DNA of 62,718 nucleotides, counting the filler, from an uncultured bacterium (GTDB lineage Bacteria; DAOPZR01), in assembly GCA_964637655.1 (NCBI GenBank). It is 26 parts of 26 records of this genome, joined end to end, with 100 filler letters (N's around TTAATTAATTAA, not from the genome) between each part and the next. Parts side by side here need not be neighbours in the genome. Positions count along the whole stretch, not along the records: positions 58,219 to 60,419 come from CAZWUZ010000436.1; positions 60,520 to 62,718 come from CAZWUZ010000437.1; 24 more parts are not named here. One strand, written 5' to 3'. The position numbers were made by a program, and so were the translations under genes. A model generated the notes under the pieces. The model did not search any database, was not told where the DNA came from, and was given only the letters and a program-made list of their open reading frames with translations. Numbering within the stretch: the first letter of the stretch is position 1; the number at the start of each line of letters is the position of its first letter. Shown here piece after piece: positions 58,857 to 62,718 of the stretch.

Positions 58857-60319
58857 GGCAGCACGTCCGCCGCGAATTCGTACGGTGCCACGCCGCCGCC
58901 GGTGCGTACCTGCCGCTGCCGCCAGCGCCGCGCGATACCCGGCAGGTGCGCGGGCAGCCGCCACGGATCATACCTCAGCAGGCCGCGCAGTATCGTCGTC
59001 GCCTGCCGCCACGCCGGGGCGTTGCGCTCAAACAGGTAATTCCCCGAGCGCCAGTTGATTTCATAAAACGCCGCGAGTCGTTCCGCGCGCGTAAACTCAG
59101 CCGTCTCGCAGGCGATATGCACCTCGGTGCCGTCAGCCGTGTCGAGCGCCACCTGGTGCGCGGTCTCCGGCGTGTGGTGGATAGTGCCGTGCGCCGCCAT
59201 CCACGCGTGCGCCGGCGTCCCCGGATACGGAACGAGCAGTGACCACTCGGTGAAGGTGAACCCGAGTTCCTGCGCCAGGGCGAGATTCCGCCGCGCCCGC
59301 GCCGGGGTATCATGCGGCAGCCCGATGATGAACGATCCCCACAACGGCATCCCCTCCGCCCTGATACAGGCCACCGCCCGCCGGATGTCGTCGAGCGTCT
59401 CCCCCTTGTCGATGGCGTCGAACACTTCCGGGACGAGCGACTCCACCCCGATTTTGACGTAGGTGCACCCGGCCGCGCGCATCGCCCGCACCATTTCCCG
59501 CGTCACCGCGTCAGCCCGCAGCCCGCTCGGCACATGCCACGGCAGCGTGATGCCATGACCCTGCAGCCCCGCGCAGAACTCGATGACCCGTTCCGGGCGC
59601 AGGTTGAATGCCGGTTCGACCACGGCGAATTCGCGGATACCGAACGTCCGCTGGGCGAATTGCAGTTCCGCGAAGACGCTCTCCAGATCACGCGGCCGCC
59701 AGCCGCGCCCGCCCATCTTCGGGTTGCAGAACGAGCAGGCATAGGGACACCCGCGGCTGGTGGCAATATGATACGGCGCATGGATGCGCGTCACCCCGAA
59801 GTGCCGGTAATCGGGATGATGCAGTGCGCCGAACGCGCGCCGCACTGCGGGCGGTGTGCCCGTCACTACGCCCGTGCGCCTGTACCAGACGCCCGGAATG
59901 CCGTCGTAGTCGCCGCGCGCCCGCTCACACACCGCGCGCAGCGGCTCTTCCCCTTCGCCAACCACCAGCAGATCGGCACCCGGAATGAGGTCCATGATCC
60001 GCTCCGGTTCGTACCCCGTATGCGGACCGCCCAGCACGATGCTCCCGTCATAATACGCGCGTAGTCCCGCCGCGAGACGCGCGACCGTTGCCAGCGTCGT
60101 GCAGTGGATGTTGAACCCGACCAGCGCCGGGCGGCGTGCCGCCACCTCGCGCCGCAGGATCGCCGCCGCCTGCGCTTCCGTACACGGCCAGCTCCCCAGC
60201 GGCAGTACCGACAGCGTGGTATCCGGCAGGTCGAGATTGGCTGCCAGCCAGCCGAGCCCGGAATTGAGCGCTGACGCCCGACCCGTCGGCGGATCGACCA
60301 GCAGCAGGTGCCGGTTCAT
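58853..60319 (-). CDS. B12-binding radical SAM protein
   Basis: LVGFNI, IVLGGPH, VGEGE, TSRGCPYACSFC, IGVES, FIIGLP, PYPGT. Confidence 0.92.
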   Translation of the reverse strand: MNRHLLLVDPPTGRASALNSGLGWLAANLDLPDTTLSVLPLGSWPCTEAQAAAILRREVAARRPALVGFNIHCTTLATVARLAAGLRAYYDGSIVLGGPHTGYEPERIMDLIPGADLLVVGEGEEPLRAVCERARGDYDGIPGVWYRRTGVVTGTPPAVRRAFGALHHPDYRHFGVTRIHAPYHIATSRGCPYACSFCNPKMGGRGWRPRDLESVFAELQFAQRTFGIREFAVVEPAFNLRPERVIEFCAGLQGHGITLPWHVPSGLRADAVTREMVRAMRAAGCTYVKIGVESLVPEVFDAIDKGETLDDIRRAVACIRAEGMPLWGSFIIGLPHDTPARARRNLALAQELGFTFTEWSLLVPYPGTPAHAWMAAHGTIHHTPETAHQVALDTADGTEVHIACETAEFTRAERLAAFYEINWRSGNYLFERNAPAWRQATTILRGLLRYDPWRLPAHLPGIARRWRQRQVRTGGGVAPYEFAADVLP

Positions 60320-60417
60320 GCGCCGCTGCCCGCGAGCAGGCGGTGCAACTGCTGCGCCTGCACCTGCCGGTCGAACTGCGCAATGAAACTGCGGTCGGGT
60401 GGCGGCAGTCGCTGCGC
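60316..60417 (-). CDS. C-terminal fragment, probably GT4 glycosyltransferase
   Basis: FIAQFDRQVQAQQLHRLL tail; ATGA overlap. Confidence 0.5.
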   Translation of the reverse strand, partial: AQRLPPPDRSFIAQFDRQVQAQQLHRLLAGSGA

Positions 60418-60589
60418 CTNNNNNNNNNNNNNNNNNNNNNNNNNNNNNNNNNNNNNNNNNNNNTTAATTAATTAANNNNNNNNNNNNNNNNNNNNNNNNN
60501 NNNNNNNNNNNNNNNNNNNAACCTGCGGGTGAAACCTGGCGTTGGCAATTATACCCAGATGCGGAATCGCTGCACTTTCGCCGCAATGA

Positions 60590-60618
60590 TTGACGATAGT
60601 GATGCGGTAAGGTAACAT
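60590..60618 (+). promoter_or_regulatory. sigma70-type promoter
   Basis: TTGACG-17bp-TAACAT. Confidence 0.55.
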
Positions 60619-60663
60619 CTGCTGGTGATAATTCAAGCCCGGCTGGGCAAGGAGAAAACGGTT

Positions 60664-61455
60664 ATGGCACGGATTCTGTGGGCGGTGATGCTGATGGCGG
60701 CGCTGGCGGTGCCGGCGGTGGCGGGGACGGTAGGCGGCCCGGTGGACGATGCGGGGACGCTGGAAGTGGCCTATGACATGGCGTGGCAGGAGCGGCATTA
60801 TGATTTTGACGGCAACAACAACGGCGTTTCCAATCTCGGCTACAACAACGCGGAAATGCGCCGCCTCAGCCACCTCGGGGTCATTACCTATGCGTTTTCG
60901 GACATGTTCGAGGGGAAGGTGATGCTGGGCGCCGAGAAACTCAACGCGTTCGAGGATGAGACGGCAACGAATGCCGCGCGCACGGCGAACCAGCGGCGGG
61001 CCAGCGACCGCCCGTCGTTCTGCTGGGGGGTGGGCGGCAAGGTGACGGTGCCGCAGGTATTTGCCAATGTCGATATCAGTATCAGCGGCCAGTATCAGCA
61101 GGCGAAATTCGCCAATGTCGACTTCAGCGACCACCAGAACGACAACCCGGACTACTTCGACGGGGATATCAAGTCGCGCGCCTGGCAGGCGAACCTGGTT
61201 TTCTCGACGGATTACGAGCAGTTCACCCCCTACCTCGGACTGCAGTATTCCGATGACCAGATCGATGTTGAGTACCGCTCGAAAAACACCGTGAATTTCC
61301 CGACCAGTTTCACCTCGAATTACGAGGCGTCGCACAACTGGGGCGTGGTGGTCGGCACGGACATCGATTTTACCGGCGTTATCGGCGGTTTCATCGAAGG
61401 GCGTTTTGTGGACGAGGGGACGGCGGTCTCCGGCGGCATCACCTACAAGTTCTAA
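60664..61455 (+). CDS. Outer-membrane beta-barrel protein
   Basis: Signal peptide ending AVA, amphipathic strands, TPYLG, C-terminal GGITYKF; AAGGAG RBS. Confidence 0.85.
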   Translation: MARILWAVMLMAALAVPAVAGTVGGPVDDAGTLEVAYDMAWQERHYDFDGNNNGVSNLGYNNAEMRRLSHLGVITYAFSDMFEGKVMLGAEKLNAFEDETATNAARTANQRRASDRPSFCWGVGGKVTVPQVFANVDISISGQYQQAKFANVDFSDHQNDNPDYFDGDIKSRAWQANLVFSTDYEQFTPYLGLQYSDDQIDVEYRSKNTVNFPTSFTSNYEASHNWGVVVGTDIDFTGVIGGFIEGRFVDEGTAVSGGITYKF

Positions 61456-61468
61456 ACGCGGTTTTTCC

Positions 61469-61499
61469 GCCCCGCCACCGTACTGGTGGCGGGGCTTTT
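61469..61499 (+). terminator. Intrinsic terminator
   Basis: GCCCCGCCACC-GTACT-GGTGGCGGGGC-TTTT. Confidence 0.88.
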
Positions 61500-61672
61500 G
61501 TGCGGTACGTATCACCGGCGGGCACGTGCGGCCGCAGCCGCAGTCGCACACTACGCCGCCGGCACACGCGCGGGCGGTTGCACGCGCTCCTGCTGACGGT
61601 GAACATCCGCCGCCGGTCAAACCGCAGTCGCGCACCACGTCTCATCATCCGTCCGGCCTGCCCGGGGTGCGG

Positions 61673-61701
61673 TTGCGTCGCGGCCTGCCGCCATCTATAA
61701 T
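61673..61701 (+). promoter_or_regulatory. sigma70 promoter of the helicase gene
   Basis: TTGCGT-17bp-TATAAT. Confidence 0.75.
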
Positions 61702-61728
61702 GCACCTGTATTTCCGACGGGGGAACTG

Positions 61729-62718
61729 ATGCTGGCAGAGGACCTGCGGCCCGAGGCACGCGCGCTCCATACGGCAATCATGGCCCGCGCGGACGCGCCT
61801 GCGCGGCGGCGTCTCGACGAGGCGGTGCTGGCGCAGGCGGACGCGGTGCGTGCGGAAGGCATTCTGCGCCTGGCGGCCCCGCTGAATCCCGAACAACTGG
61901 CGGCACTGCTCCACGACCACGCGCAGGACGGGCCGCTGCTCATCCTGGCCGGGGCGGGCTCGGGCAAGACCGCGGTGCTCACCCGGCGGGTCGTCTACCT
62001 GCTGCTGCAGGGGGTGCCTGCCTCCGCCATCTGCACGGTCACCTTCACGAACAAGGCGGCGGGGGAGATGCGCGAGCGCGTGCAGCATCTGCTGATGGAA
62101 TTGCGCGCAGCACTCCCGGAGGGGGGCGCGGCGCTCATCGAGCCGCTGCTTCCCGCGGCGGCGGCCATGTGGCTCGGCACCTTCCACAGCGTCTGCCTGC
62201 GCCTGCTGCGCGACCAGCTGCCGGGGAGCCCGCACACCAACATCGCACGTTGCGGCTACAAGCCCGATTTCCGGCTGATGGAGCCGCTGCAGGCAAAGGC
62301 GCTCATCGAGCAGGCGATGGCGGAGACCGGGCCGGCGGCACTGGCGGCCGGCCTGGAAACCATGCAGGGGCTTATCGAGCAGGCGCGTACCGATTTGCGT
62401 GACGCGGCGGCGCTGCAGGCGGAAGGCGCAACCGAAAGCGACCGGCTCACCGGCGCGGTGCTGCAGCGCTACCAGGAACTCAAGCGGGCGCGGCGGCTGC
62501 TCGATTTTTCCGACATCATCACGTTCGCGGTGACGCTGCTGCAGCAGGATGACGAGGTGGCAGCGCACTACCGCGCGCGTTTCACCTATGCCCTCATCGA
62601 CGAGTACCAGGACACCAACTTCGCGCAGTATGTGTTCGCGCGGCAGCTGACCAGAGGGACGGACAACATCTTTGTCGTGGGTGACGACGACCAGAGCATC
62701 TACGCCTGGCGCGGCGCG
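61729..62718 (+). CDS. UvrD/PcrA/Rep superfamily 1 helicase (runs off the window; absent from the ORF track)
   Basis: LNPEQ, LILAGAGSGKT, VTFTNKAA.EMRER, GTFHS.C, DFSD, IDEYQDTN..QY, VVGDDDQSIYAWRGA translated by hand. Confidence 0.95.
   Translation, partial: MLAEDLRPEARALHTAIMARADAPARRRLDEAVLAQADAVRAEGILRLAAPLNPEQLAALLHDHAQDGPLLILAGAGSGKTAVLTRRVVYLLLQGVPASAICTVTFTNKAAGEMRERVQHLLMELRAALPEGGAALIEPLLPAAAAMWLGTFHSVCLRLLRDQLPGSPHTNIARCGYKPDFRLMEPLQAKALIEQAMAETGPAALAAGLETMQGLIEQARTDLRDAAALQAEGATESDRLTGAVLQRYQELKRARRLLDFSDIITFAVTLLQQDDEVAAHYRARFTYALIDEYQDTNFAQYVFARQLTRGTDNIFVVGDDDQSIYAWRGA

Noticed and set aside
61538-61639. 18-bp imperfect direct repeat CCGCAGTCGCRCACYACG, period 84
   Set aside because: Only two degenerate copies with no associated genes; function cannot be supported.

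Overview
This window is not contiguous DNA. It is 26 short contigs (about 2.2-2.5 kb, almost perfectly sorted by decreasing length) joined by 100-bp linkers (44 N + TTAATTAATTAA + 44 N). It looks like the small-contig tail of a draft or metagenome-assembled genome of a GC-rich diderm bacterium, so gene adjacency is only meaningful inside a contig. Most contigs carry housekeeping genes: rplU-prp-rpmA-obgE, upp/rpmE/prfA, murF-mraY, murD-ftsW, dnaX-SRP RNA-tRNAs-tadA, chemotaxis genes, hppA, cusA, lipid and glycan enzymes, and a UvrD helicase. The most interesting signals are: (1) a ~300-nt highly structured RNA candidate with its own promoter and terminator that I cannot assign to a family (49784-50083); (2) tandem copies of the last 15 codons of mraY upstream of murD, differing only at synonymous sites (44036-44237); (3) an integron attC site with an AT-rich cassette ORF next to a toxin-antitoxin cluster (5177-7607); (4) a phage-like DNA adenine methylase bracketed exactly by inverted octamer arrays; (5) a MoxR ATPase with a degenerate vWA partner; (6) radical-SAM-rich putative lipid-modification loci; (7) an intact-looking Prp protease next to an L27 that lacks the N-terminal extension Prp normally cleaves. 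Two contig ends look chimeric. All calls come from reading the sequence by eye; no searches were run.
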